Shown here: positions 1-9,648 of the stretch, piece by piece
Position numbering within the stretch: position 1 is the first letter of the stretch
Layout of the letters: each line of letters begins with the position of its first letter
Source of the DNA: Candidatus Methylomirabilota bacterium
GTDB lineage: Bacteria; Methylomirabilota; Methylomirabilia; Rokubacteriales; CSP1-6
NCBI GenBank assembly: GCA_046726415.1
Contig: JBKPAK010000103.1
Coordinates: forward strand, 15,597 to 79,596
Direction: 5' to 3'
DNA length: 64,000 nucleotides
Made by a program: the position numbers and the translations under genes
Notes under the pieces: generated by a model
Databases searched by the model: none
Told to the model about the DNA's origin: nothing
What the model saw: the letters and a program-made list of their open reading frames with translations, nothing else

Positions 1-1
1 C

Positions 2-523
2 CGCAATGCCATCGAGGCGGGGGTGCGCTCCATCGAGCACGGCAATCTGATCCGGGAGGCGGCCGCCCAGGCCATTGCGAGCGCCGCTGCGTTCATCGTG
101 CCGACCATGGTCACTTACGAGGCGATCTATCGAGAGGGGAAGCGCTACGGCATCGGCGACCACCAGATCCAGAAGATCAACCAGGCCCGGGAACAGAGTA
201 TGCAGGGTCTCGAGTTTGCCTACCGTGCGGGCTGCAAGATCGGCTCGGGCTCCGATCTCCTCGGCGACATGATGGTGCAGCGTGCGGTGGAGTTCGAGCT
301 GAAGGCACAGGTCATGAAGCCGATGGAGGTGCTGCTCTCGGCGACCAAGATCAACGCCGAGCTATTCAGGATGAGCGATCGCATCGGCAGCGTGGAGCCC
401 AAGAAGTTCGCCGACCTCATCGCGGTGAGCGGCAACCCGCTCCGAAACCTCCGCGCCTTCCAGAATCAGGACAACCTGAAGGTCATCATGAAGGGCGGCC
501 GCTTCTACAAAAGGGCACTCTAA
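2..523 (+). CDS. Amidohydrolase family protein (Xaa-Pro dipeptidase-like), C-terminal part; 5' end outside window
   Basis: Frame open from position 2 (RNAIEAGVRSIEHGN); GSDLLG and ADLIAVSGNPL motifs typical of metal-dependent hydrolases. Confidence 0.85.
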   Translation, partial: RNAIEAGVRSIEHGNLIREAAAQAIASAAAFIVPTMVTYEAIYREGKRYGIGDHQIQKINQAREQSMQGLEFAYRAGCKIGSGSDLLGDMMVQRAVEFELKAQVMKPMEVLLSATKINAELFRMSDRIGSVEPKKFADLIAVSGNPLRNLRAFQNQDNLKVIMKGGRFYKRAL

Positions 524-539
524 GCGGGGATCGGCGGCC

Positions 540-1343
540 ATGCGGCAGAGCGCACGACGACATCAGCCTGACGAGGCCGAGGGGCGCGCGCCCCATGCCG
601 CCCTGACCCGCTACTACCGAGACGACAGGGAACGCCAGCAGTTCCTCAATGCCATGTTCGACCAGACCGCGGCGTCCTATGACCATCTCGCCGGCCTTAT
701 GTCGTTCGGAACCGGGTCGTGGTACCGGCGCTGGGCTCTTCGGCAGGTCGGGACCGGGCCGGGCATGCGCGTGCTCGACGTGGCCACCGGAACGGGGGCG
801 GTGGCCAGGCTCGCCGTCCGACTGGTGGGCCCGACGGGGGTCGTGGTCGGACTCGACCCGAGCGCGGGAATGCTGGCCGAACACGCCCGCCGGCCATTCG
901 CTGCCCGGTTGACCCAGGGCGTCGCCGAGAGCTTGCCGTTCGCGGACGGCGTATTCGATCTCCTCACCATGGGCTACGCGCTCCGGCACGTCCCTGACCT
1001 GATGGTGACCTTTCGCGAGTACCGCCGTGTAGTCCGTCCGGGCGGCCGGTTACTCATCCTCGATTTTTATCGGGCCAGTCACGCCGCGGTCCGCGGAGTT
1101 GGCGCACTCTATTTCGGCTGGCTGGTCCCGTGGCTGGCGCGGCTGACGTCTTCCAGCCGCTCGCTCCCGCGCCTCATGGAGTACTGCTGGGAGACGGTGG
1201 CGTCCTCGCTGCCGCCGGCAGCCATCGCTGAGAGCCTCGCGGCGGCGGGGCTCGAGAACGTCCGGGTCAGGCGCTGGGGGCTGGTCATCGAGTACCACGC
1301 GACGCGGCCCGGGCCGGGATCCCCAAACCGCGGCGGGGGATGA
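540..1343 (+). CDS. Class I SAM-dependent methyltransferase, UbiE/MenG-like
   Basis: VLDVATGTG motif I, LDPSAGML, AESLPFADGVFD, MFDQTAASYD N-terminal motif. Confidence 0.85.
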   Translation: MRQSARRHQPDEAEGRAPHAALTRYYRDDRERQQFLNAMFDQTAASYDHLAGLMSFGTGSWYRRWALRQVGTGPGMRVLDVATGTGAVARLAVRLVGPTGVVVGLDPSAGMLAEHARRPFAARLTQGVAESLPFADGVFDLLTMGYALRHVPDLMVTFREYRRVVRPGGRLLILDFYRASHAAVRGVGALYFGWLVPWLARLTSSSRSLPRLMEYCWETVASSLPPAAIAESLAAAGLENVRVRRWGLVIEYHATRPGPGSPNRGGG

Positions 1344-1441
1344 TGCGACGCACCGGCGCTCGCGCCCGTCAGTTCGCTTGCGTTGTGCCGCCACGAGGAG
1401 TTCAGCGACGTCTCCCGACTAGACGGAGCCCTCACACACGC

Positions 1442-2857
1442 TCATGACACGACGGGGGGACGTCGCGTTCCAAAGCCCGTCGTCTGCTCGAACGCGTGAG
1501 CGAGCTGGAGGACGCTCAGCTCGCGCTGATGTCGACCGACGATCTGGATACCCACGGGGAGTCCCTCCGGCGTGAAGCCAGCCGGCACAGAGATGGCCGG
1601 CAAGCCCGTGACCGTGATGTCCGAGCAGGTCCGCATCCAGTCGATGTAGGTCGGCAACGCCACGCCGTTGATCTTCGTGATGTAGGGGGTGTCGACATCG
1701 AAGGGCGGGACCTGCACGGTGGGTAGCACGAGGAACTCGTAGGTCTCCATGAACCGTCGCACCCGGTGGTAGAGCTGCGTGCGCTTCAGCTCGGCATCGG
1801 CGATCTGCGGGCCCGTGAGCTTGAGCCCTTCCTCGGCGTTCCAGATCACCGTGTCCTTGATCTGATGCCGGTGCTCGCGCAGGAGAGGGCCGTACCTGGC
1901 GGCAAACATCTGGGCCCGCAAGACCTGGAAGATTTCTCTGGCGTCGGTGAAGTCGGGTTGGCCGTCCTCCACCACGCAGCCCAGGGCGATGAACGTGGAG
2001 CGCTGAGCCTCAGCGACCGCCGCCACGCGCCGGTCGATGGGAAGTCCGCCGAGGTCGCGGCTCCAGGCGACGCGCGCGCCGTGGAAGTCGCGATCGAGTG
2101 GGACGTGGAAGCGGTCGCCGGGCTCCGCGATGGCGATGGGCGAGCGCGGGTCTGGGCCGGCCATCACCGAGAGCAGCAACGCCACGTCGCCAACCGTGCG
2201 GGCCATCGGCCCCTGGACACTCAAGGCCTCCCAGGCGAGCGGCGCCGGCCATTTGGGAACCCGGCCGAGCGCTGGCCGCAGACCCACCACGTTGCAGAAG
2301 CTGGCCGGATTGCGCAGCGAACCTCCGGTGTCACTGCCGTCGGCGATCGGCACCATGCCGCAGGCCAGGGCCACCGCGGCCCCGCCGCTGGAACCGCCGC
2401 ACGTCTTGGACAGATCGTAGGGATTGAGGGTGGCGCCGAAGACCTGGTTGAAGGTCTGCGAGCCCGCCCCGAACTCTGGCGTATTGGTCTTGCCGATCGT
2501 GATGGCACCGGCCTGGCGCAGCCGCTCGATGATCAGGCAGTCTTCGTCGGGCACGTGGTCGCGATAGATGGGGGAGCCGAACGTCGTGCGGATCCCCTTT
2601 GTTGGCACGAGGTCCTTGTGGGCAATGGGCAGCCCGAACAAGGGGCCGGTCGTGTCCCCTCGCGCGAGAGCCGCATCCGCCGCACGGGCTTCGGCCAGCG
2701 CGCGCTCCGCGGTGAGAGTGACGATGGCGTTGATCTTGACGTTGACGCGCTCGATCTGCGCGAGGTGTGCCTGCATCACTTCGGTCACCGACACCGCACG
2801 GACCCGGATGCGGGCGGCCAACTCCGTGGCCGTCAGGAAGCAAAGATCGGTCGTCAT
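1442..2857 (-). CDS. Amidase signature family protein
   Basis: GKTNTPEFG, GGSSGG, GSDTGGSLRNPAS; start reassigned to ATG 2857 (MTTDLCFL), which forms an ATGA overlap with the upstream amidase stop. Confidence 0.9.
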   Translation of the reverse strand: MTTDLCFLTATELAARIRVRAVSVTEVMQAHLAQIERVNVKINAIVTLTAERALAEARAADAALARGDTTGPLFGLPIAHKDLVPTKGIRTTFGSPIYRDHVPDEDCLIIERLRQAGAITIGKTNTPEFGAGSQTFNQVFGATLNPYDLSKTCGGSSGGAAVALACGMVPIADGSDTGGSLRNPASFCNVVGLRPALGRVPKWPAPLAWEALSVQGPMARTVGDVALLLSVMAGPDPRSPIAIAEPGDRFHVPLDRDFHGARVAWSRDLGGLPIDRRVAAVAEAQRSTFIALGCVVEDGQPDFTDAREIFQVLRAQMFAARYGPLLREHRHQIKDTVIWNAEEGLKLTGPQIADAELKRTQLYHRVRRFMETYEFLVLPTVQVPPFDVDTPYITKINGVALPTYIDWMRTCSDITVTGLPAISVPAGFTPEGLPVGIQIVGRHQRELSVLQLAHAFEQTTGFGTRRPPVVS

Positions 2858-4296
2858 GGCTCTCGTTCCCTCGTCTGGTTTCCGTCGAGTGCTGGCCGGC
2901 GCTGCGCCCACGGCCGCGCGGCCTCGAAGGCCGCCGACGCCTGCAGCACCGTGAGGTCCGCGAAGCGACGGCCCACGATCTGCAAGCCCACCGGCAGACC
3001 GGCCGGAGTGAAGCCCGCGGGCACTGTCGCCGCCGGCTGGCCGGTGAAGTTGAACGGATAGCTGAACGACGCCCAACCGATCCAGTCCCACGGCCGCTCC
3101 GGTACCGGCCAGTGCTCGGGGTTGAGCCGCTGGACAGGGAACGCGGCGACGGACAGCGACGGCGTGAGGAGCAGGTCGTAGCGCTCGAAGAAGGGGCGCA
3201 CGGCATCCCAGAGATCCATCTTGCGACCGCGCGCCCGAACGTAGTCGGCGGCGTTGATCTTGAACCCGTCCTCGATGCAGGCCACGAAGCCGGGATCCAT
3301 ACGCGAGCGCCACTCGGGCAGGAAGTGGCCGTAGCCCCCGGCATAGTGAGCGCTCCACATGCCGCGGATCAGCTCATAGGTCGGCGGCCATCGAGGTTCG
3401 AGCTCTTCCACCACACAGCCCAGCGACGCGAAGACGAGCGCGGCCTCGCGGACCACTGTGGCCACTTCGGGATCCACGCGCTGCCCGTCGAGTGTCGGAC
3501 TGAAGGCCACGCGTCGCCCCTTGACCCCCGCGCCGAGCTTTCCCGCGTAGTCATCAGGGGCCGCCTCCAGCGAGGTGCGATCCCAGTCATCGGGCCCGGC
3601 CATCACCGAGAGCATGAGCGCCGCGTCGGCGACGGTGCGAGTCATGGGTCCGTGGTGCGTGGTGTTGTCGTTGTTGGACACAGGCCACATCGGGACGCGC
3701 CCGAACGACGGCTTCAGCCCGAAGATGCCGCAAAACGCCGAGGGGATGCGGATGGAACCAGCGCCATCGGATCCGTGGTGCAACGGCCCGAGCCCCGCCG
3801 CGGCAGCCGCGCCAGCTCCGGCGCTGGAGCCGCCGGTGTTCATGGCCGTGTTCCACGGATTGCGCGTGCTGCCCGTGAGGGGGCTGTCACCCAGGCCGAC
3901 CCAGCCGAACTCCGGCGTGGTGGTCTTGCCCGTCACAATGGCGCCCGCAGCCGAGAGCCGGGTGACGAAGGGCGCGTCGACGTGCGGCACCCGGTGCTCG
4001 AAAATGAAGGACCCCGCCATGCAGCGAACGCCCTTCGTGAAGGCCAGATCCTTGATGGAGACGGGAACGCCGTGCAGAGGGCCGAGCGAGGCGCCTCGCA
4101 TCACGGCGTGTTCCGCGTCGCGCGCCGCGGCCATCGCGGTATCCGCGGTCACGGTGCAGAAGCAGTTCAGCATGGGATTCAGTCGCTCGATCCGCTCCAG
4201 GACGGCGCGCATCAGCTCGACGGGTGACAGCGCCTTGGTGCGAACGAGGCGAACCAGATCGGTAGCGGGCGTGTAGCACAGCTCGGTGTTCGTCAT
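2854..4296 (-). CDS. Amidase signature family protein
   Basis: GKTTTPEFG, GGSSAG, GSDGAGSIRIPS; GAGGAGG SD upstream. Confidence 0.92.
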   Translation of the reverse strand: MTNTELCYTPATDLVRLVRTKALSPVELMRAVLERIERLNPMLNCFCTVTADTAMAAARDAEHAVMRGASLGPLHGVPVSIKDLAFTKGVRCMAGSFIFEHRVPHVDAPFVTRLSAAGAIVTGKTTTPEFGWVGLGDSPLTGSTRNPWNTAMNTGGSSAGAGAAAAAGLGPLHHGSDGAGSIRIPSAFCGIFGLKPSFGRVPMWPVSNNDNTTHHGPMTRTVADAALMLSVMAGPDDWDRTSLEAAPDDYAGKLGAGVKGRRVAFSPTLDGQRVDPEVATVVREAALVFASLGCVVEELEPRWPPTYELIRGMWSAHYAGGYGHFLPEWRSRMDPGFVACIEDGFKINAADYVRARGRKMDLWDAVRPFFERYDLLLTPSLSVAAFPVQRLNPEHWPVPERPWDWIGWASFSYPFNFTGQPAATVPAGFTPAGLPVGLQIVGRRFADLTVLQASAAFEAARPWAQRRPALDGNQTREREP

Positions 4297-4381
4297 GGCC
4301 TCCTCACTCGGCTATCTTGGGTCGGCGCGGCGCTGGGCCTAGGCGTGCGTCAGCTACGCGGAATCATTCGCGCAACCTGGC

Positions 4382-4545
4382 ATCTCTCGGTCACGTGCTC
4401 AGGAGGACCTCGCCATCGCCGATGACGAGGTCCTCCTGCATTCACACCTAGGCCGACTGCCTCGAGCCGTGGAGGATGATCACATCCTCCGCAACATCTG
4501 GCTCGATGACGTGCACGACTCCACGGCCCTCGAAGGTAACACGAC
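4382..4545 (+). pseudogene. Remnant resembling the N-terminal region of a Fic-family protein
   Basis: Frame reads LGRLPRAVEDDHILRNIWLDDVHDSTALEGNT; STALEGNT resembles the S-x-A-I/L-EGNT Fic motif; no start codon and no Fic catalytic motif follows. Confidence 0.45.
4400..4438. repeat. Near-perfect inverted repeat (13 bp + 4 bp stem)
   Basis: CAGGAGGACCTCG (4400-4412) / CGAGGTCCTCCTG (4426-4438), inner CATC/GATG around a GCC loop. Confidence 0.85.
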
Positions 4546-4856
4546 CGTGTGGACGCGGAGCTGGCAGCGCTGGACGCCGCGACCCCGCACCTTGGGCCGG
4601 GGGCGGCTGCGGCCCACCCCTGGAGCAGCGGCTGGCCACCTGGCGGGATCGTCAGCTCCTTCGCACGCTGCTCGACGGACGGATGTTCTACACTCCCACG
4701 GTAGACGGTGTGGGGTTCTCGTCCGCATCCGGCCGGGCAGGGTTGTCAGCGGCGTGGCGCCCTCAAATCGTCTCATGCGGGTCGACGCATCATACCCGAG
4801 GCGGGCCGCCCCATTCCGTGGGCGGGCGGGACGCGCCCCACCGAGGAGAGATCGAC

Positions 4857-5087
4857 ATGACGCGCGAGACCGTATCGACGTTGCCGCTCGAGACGCTCGA
4901 CAAAGAGCGCGTACTGCACCCCGCAACCTCGATCGCCGACCACCTTCGCTCGGGGCCCCGCATCATGGCCGAGGGCTCAGGCCTCACCTTGGTCGACACG
5001 GAGGGAAGGCGCTACCTCGACGCGGTGGCCGGCCTCTGGTGCGTGGCCATCGGCTACGGGCGGACCGAGGCGCGATCGACCATGTGA
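4857..5087 (+). pseudogene. Truncated class III aminotransferase (N-terminal about 75 aa only)
   Basis: GAGGAG SD + ATG; LVDTEGRRYLDAVAGLWCVAIGYGR is the class III N-terminal motif; stops at 5087 with no continuation. Confidence 0.85.
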
Positions 5088-5137
5088 CTGACGAGCTGAC
5101 CCGCGCCGGCGCGTGGCGCGCCGGGAGGAGCTGACCC

Positions 5138-5905
5138 ATGACCACGGAGAATCACCGCGACCAGATCCTCGACCAGTTCACGCGGCAGGCCGTGCCCTTC
5201 TCGACGTCCCCCGCCGTCAGGGACGAGCAGGCCTTGCGGCTGGTCGTCGAGTTCAGTGGAGCCGGCCCGGACGACACCGTCCTCGACGTGGCCTGCGGGC
5301 CCGGCATTCTGGCCTGCGCCTTCGCGCGCGTGGTGCGCCATGTGACCGGCATCGACCTGACGCCAGCCATGCTCGACCGCGCCCGGGCCCTCGCCGACGA
5401 GCAGCGATTGACCAACGTCACGTGGCAGCAAGGCGACGTCTTGCCGCTGCCCTTCCCCGATGGCACCTTCACCATCGTGACCGCGCGGTTTGCCTTCCAC
5501 CACTTCCTCGATCCGGGCGCCGTGCTCGCCGAGATGCGACGGGTGTGCGCAACCGGTGGCCGCGTGGTCGTGATCGACAGCGCGCCGGCCGCCGACAAGG
5601 CCGACGCCTTCAACAGGATGGAAAAGTTCCGCGATCCCTCGCACGTGCGGGCCATGCCGATCGAGGAACACCTCGCCCTCTATCGAGAGGCCCGCCTGCC
5701 GGAGCCGCGCGTGACATGGTATCGCCTGGAGGGCGAGATGGAAGGGCTCATCAGGCGCTCGTTCCCCAATCCCGGCGACGACGACAGGATCAGGGAGATG
5801 TTCGAAGCGTCGCTCACCGATGACCGCCTCGGGATCCAGGCGCGGCGAGAGGACGGGCGCATCCACTACGGCTACCCGGTGGCCGTGCTGGTCGCCGACC
5901 GATGA
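5138..5905 (+). CDS. Class I SAM-dependent methyltransferase
   Basis: VLDVACGPG, LPFPDGTF, RFAFHHF, RDPSHVR; GGGAGGAG SD. Confidence 0.9.
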   Translation: MTTENHRDQILDQFTRQAVPFSTSPAVRDEQALRLVVEFSGAGPDDTVLDVACGPGILACAFARVVRHVTGIDLTPAMLDRARALADEQRLTNVTWQQGDVLPLPFPDGTFTIVTARFAFHHFLDPGAVLAEMRRVCATGGRVVVIDSAPAADKADAFNRMEKFRDPSHVRAMPIEEHLALYREARLPEPRVTWYRLEGEMEGLIRRSFPNPGDDDRIREMFEASLTDDRLGIQARREDGRIHYGYPVAVLVADR

Positions 5906-6567
5906 AGATCGTCGACCTCAGCTTCCCATCCGACCTCATTTCCGCTGGGCGGTGGCGCGCGAGATCCGCGCGTCGCACGCGCGCGGCGACAATTCGAGTC
6001 ATCGGTGATGACATTGGGCTGTCACGCCTACACGCACGTGGACGCCCCGCGCCACTTCCTGCCGGACGACCGCTCCATCACGGACATGCCCCTCGACCAA
6101 TGGATCGGCGAGGCGGCCGTGGTCGACCTCACGCATCTCGGCGCGAACGGCGAGGTCGCGGAGGCCGATCTGCAGATGCGCGCCCGTCACGTGTGCGCGG
6201 GCGACATCGCGTTGCTCCGGACGGACTGGCCGCTGCGGATGAGCGTGCATGACGAGCGCTTCTGGCGCAATGCGCCGTACACCGGCCCCAGCGCCTGCCG
6301 GTGGCTGGTGGCGCGGGGGTAAAGTCCGTGGGCTACGACTACCCGCCCGACTTCGCCGTCCGCACGTCCATCCTCGAAAAGGGCCGCCGCATCCCGCGCG
6401 AGGACAACACGACTCATTACATCTTCTTTCCCGCCGGCATCACGGTGATCGAGTACCTCACCAACCTCGACCAGATCGGCGTCCCCCGCTGCCGCTTCCT
6501 GGCGCTGCCGCTCAAGATCGAGGGCGCCGACGGCTCGCCGGTCCGCGCGGTGGCCATCGTAGACTAG
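5902..6567 (+). pseudogene. Cyclase family (kynurenine formamidase-like) gene broken by three -1 frameshifts
   Basis: Pieces MKIVDLSF / IRPHFRW / CHAYTHVDAPRHF / VIEYLTNL...LPLKIEGADGSPVRAVA join if one base is added at about 5926, 5993 and 6317. Confidence 0.85.
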
Positions 6568-6571
6568 CTCT

Positions 6572-7513
6572 GTGACGGACGAGCACCTCCTGGACCTGCG
6601 CCTGGCGCCGATGGCCGGCGTCACCAATGCGCCGTTCCGGGTCGTCGCCCGCGAGTGTGGGGCGGGGCTTCTCACCAGCGAGGAGATCGACGCCCGCGGG
6701 CTCGTCGCCGACAGCGGCCACACGCGCGAGCTGGCCCGCTACCTACCCGAAGAGCATCCTATCGCCTTCCAGCTCCTCGGCAGTGATCCCGAGATCTTGG
6801 CCGAGGCGGCACGCCGACTGGAGGATGCCGGAGCCGACGGCATCGATCTCAACATGGGTTGCCCGGTGGCGAAGATCGTGGCCAAGGGGCATGGCGCCGC
6901 CCTCATGCGCGATGGGGTAGCGGCCGCCGTGATCTTCCGCACCGTGCGCAAGGCCGTGCGGGGGCCCTTCACCATCAAGATCCGCGGCGGGTGGGATGAC
7001 CGGAGCCTCAACGCCGTGGAGATCGCTCGCTTCGCCGAAGATGAAGGTGTCGATGGCATCACCGTGCACCCGCGCACGCGCTCTCAGCAGTTCACCGGGC
7101 GCGCGCCCTGGGAGATCATCGCCGCCGTGGTGGAGGCCGTGCGCCTCCCGGTCATCGGCAACGGCGACGTGCGCAGTCGCGCGGACGCGAAGGCGATGGT
7201 GGCGGCCACGGGCTGTGCGGGGGTGATGATCGGACGCGGGGCCCTGGGCGCCCCCTGGGTGTTCGCGTCCGCAGCGGTGACGCGCGAGGAGCGGGCGCGG
7301 TTCGTTCGGCGGCATGCTGACCTGATCGACGCGCACTTCCCGCCGCGGGTGGCGCTCATCCAGCTCAAGAAACACCTCGCCTGGTACACGCACGGACTGC
7401 CGTTTGCCGCGCCGGCGCGCCCCGTCATCTTCGAAGCGCCGGACGCCGAGCGCGCCAAGGCCGCTTTCTGGCGCTTCTGGGATAAGGTGGACGCCGACGC
7501 GGCGCAGACATGA
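6572..7513 (+). CDS. dusB: tRNA-dihydrouridine synthase (DusB-like)
   Basis: LAPMAGVTN, IDLNMGCPV, VHPRT, IGNGDV, MIGRGALG. Confidence 0.88.
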   Translation: MTDEHLLDLRLAPMAGVTNAPFRVVARECGAGLLTSEEIDARGLVADSGHTRELARYLPEEHPIAFQLLGSDPEILAEAARRLEDAGADGIDLNMGCPVAKIVAKGHGAALMRDGVAAAVIFRTVRKAVRGPFTIKIRGGWDDRSLNAVEIARFAEDEGVDGITVHPRTRSQQFTGRAPWEIIAAVVEAVRLPVIGNGDVRSRADAKAMVAATGCAGVMIGRGALGAPWVFASAAVTREERARFVRRHADLIDAHFPPRVALIQLKKHLAWYTHGLPFAAPARPVIFEAPDAERAKAAFWRFWDKVDADAAQT

Positions 7514-7956
7514 CCCAGAAGTTCTTTGAGGACTTCGCCATCGGCGAGCGCTTCGGCAGTCCCAGCAAGACCCTCACCGATGCGCACTTCATGTTCTTCG
7601 CGGGCATGACGGGAGACGCCCACCCCATCCACTACGATGACGAGTACGCGAAGAAACACCGCTTCGGGCGCCGCCTCGCCCACGGCCTGCTGCTCACCTC
7701 CATGACGGCCGTCGGCGCCTCGACCTTGGCCCCGCTCATCGAGGATTCCATCATCGCCTTTGTCGAGCAGACCACGCGCTTTCTGGCACCGGCCTTCGTG
7801 GGCGACACCATCACCCCGACCCACGAGATCGTGGGTCTCGATCGGAAGCGCTCAGCCGGCCTGCTGACCTTGCGGGTGACCTTGACCAACCAGCGCGGCG
7901 AAACCATCCTCGACGGCCAGCACCGCTATCTCATCGCCTACCGCCCACTCGCCTGA
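7510..7956 (+). CDS. MaoC-like (hot-dog) dehydratase
   Basis: FAGMTGDAHPIHYD, AHGLL; ATGA overlap with dus. Confidence 0.88.
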   Translation: MTQKFFEDFAIGERFGSPSKTLTDAHFMFFAGMTGDAHPIHYDDEYAKKHRFGRRLAHGLLLTSMTAVGASTLAPLIEDSIIAFVEQTTRFLAPAFVGDTITPTHEIVGLDRKRSAGLLTLRVTLTNQRGETILDGQHRYLIAYRPLA

Positions 7957-7987
7957 TCGCCCGACACGGCGCGGGGCCGGGAGCGGA

Positions 7988-9088
7988 TCAGTCGGAACGG
8001 CCGCGGGCGGCGATCTCCCAGACGGCCTCGACCTCCTGGCCGCGCACGGCGTAGACGCGATCGTAGAGGTTGAAGGTCGGATCGCAGTGGGGCGGGAAGA
8101 ACTCGATGCGGTCAGCCAACCGTATCGGCCGATCGGGATCCTTGATCACCAGCCGGCCATGCTCGTCCCCCGCGAACTCGTAAGCCAGGCCGGGGCGCTC
8201 GACGGCCTCCGGTGGGAACGGCTTGTCCGTGGAAAAGGCCTTGAGTCCGCCATCGACGATAGCCCGCTCGGCCGTGGGGACGCTGACCACAGTGGTGGTC
8301 ACGGTCAAGGCCATCTCGAAGTCGGTGAGCGAATCGCCGGTGCGGCCACCGATCCGCCGGTAGTCGATGTCCATCACGCAGTACGAACCGGACTGCAGCT
8401 CACTGAGGCCCGACAGCTCGCTGTCGATGTCATACGTGCCCGTCGAGCCACCAGCCACGATGTCCACCGGCAACCCCGCCCGCTCCAGAAGCGTCCGAGT
8501 GGTCATGAGGGGCGCCAGGGCCGCGTGCGACGCTTCCCGCCGCGCCTTCCAGCCGACGACGTGAGCGCAGTGCCCGGCGTACCCCTGCAAGCCGCGGAGG
8601 CGTAAGGCCCGCGAGGCGACGACCGCTCGGGCCAGGGCGAGGGCCAGCTCACCGGGCTGAATTCCGGTGCGCCGGGTACCGACGTCGACGTCCACCAGGA
8701 CATCGATCGTCACCCCGGCCGCCCGGCCGGCGCGATCGAGGGCGGCGACGTTCTCGGCGTGGTCGACGACGAGCATAGTGTCCGGTGCCTCGCGAACCAG
8801 GCTCACCAGGCGCTCGATTTTCGGCTCGGGGACGACGGGCGTCGTGATGAGGAGACCGCGAATGCCGGCCCGGGCCATCACTTCCGCCTCACCGAGCTTG
8901 GCGCACGCTACCCCGACCGCCCCCGCCGCGATCTGGCGCCGGGCGATCTCGGGACATCGGTGCGTCTTCGCGTGTGGACGAATCGCCTTGCCGGCCTCGC
9001 GCACGTGCGCGGCCATACGCGCGAGGTTGCGCTCGAAGCGGTCGAGATCGAGGAGCAGTGCTGGAGTGGGAATCGCGTCGCGTCGCAT
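7988..9088 (-). CDS. DSD1/D-threonine aldolase-like PLP-dependent enzyme (alanine racemase fold)
   Basis: TPALLLD, RPHAKTH, GGSTGT, ELQSGSY, DEHG, PHCDPTFNL; start set at MRRDAIPTP. Confidence 0.88.
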   Translation of the reverse strand: MRRDAIPTPALLLDLDRFERNLARMAAHVREAGKAIRPHAKTHRCPEIARRQIAAGAVGVACAKLGEAEVMARAGIRGLLITTPVVPEPKIERLVSLVREAPDTMLVVDHAENVAALDRAGRAAGVTIDVLVDVDVGTRRTGIQPGELALALARAVVASRALRLRGLQGYAGHCAHVVGWKARREASHAALAPLMTTRTLLERAGLPVDIVAGGSTGTYDIDSELSGLSELQSGSYCVMDIDYRRIGGRTGDSLTDFEMALTVTTTVVSVPTAERAIVDGGLKAFSTDKPFPPEAVERPGLAYEFAGDEHGRLVIKDPDRPIRLADRIEFFPPHCDPTFNLYDRVYAVRGQEVEAVWEIAARGRSD

Positions 9089-9174
9089 GGGCGACCGAAC
9101 TCTAGCACACTCGACCGCTCTCCGACGACGGCGGGGCGGGCGGGGATCGACCACGGCCGGTGCCGACGAGGCCC

Positions 9175-9648
9175 TCACGGCTCGACGCTGACGCTGTCGC
9201 TCAGCTCATCGGTATCGCCCCGCTGTCGCGGGAAGTGACGACCGAGGGCGAGCCCCAACTCGCGCACCGCGTCGACCACGGCCGCCCGGGTCTCGCCCCG
9301 GCGGAGCCGCTCGACCATGAGGTCGCGGATCTGCGGCCAGTAGGCGTCGCCAACCCGCGCGTGGATGCCCTCGTCGCCGACGATCGCCACTTGACGATCC
9401 TCGAACGCGAGATAGACGAGCACGCCATGGCGCAGCGCCGTCCGGTGCATACCCAGATGGGCGAACACGTCGCGGGCGCGGCGCAGGGTATCGCGACGGC
9501 CCGCACCGCGCGCCGCCGGCACGCGCCGCTCCAGATGCACGCGGACCTCCGCCGACGTCGCCCTCTCGGCCTCCTCGACGGCCTGCGCGATGGCCTCGAA
9601 GTCGGCCTCGGAGAACAGGGATTGCGCCCAGCGAGGATGCCGCCCCAT
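9175..9648 (-). CDS. TPM domain protein
   Basis: AERATSAEVRVHLE, GVLVYL, IVGDEGI, DELSD; in the LemA-TPM-TPM operon. Confidence 0.88.
   Translation of the reverse strand: MGRHPRWAQSLFSEADFEAIAQAVEEAERATSAEVRVHLERRVPAARGAGRRDTLRRARDVFAHLGMHRTALRHGVLVYLAFEDRQVAIVGDEGIHARVGDAYWPQIRDLMVERLRRGETRAAVVDAVRELGLALGRHFPRQRGDTDELSDSVSVEP

Noticed and set aside
5082-5100. Sec read-through at the aminotransferase TGA
   Set aside because: Not a Cys position, a second stop follows within four codons, and the family sequence does not resume.
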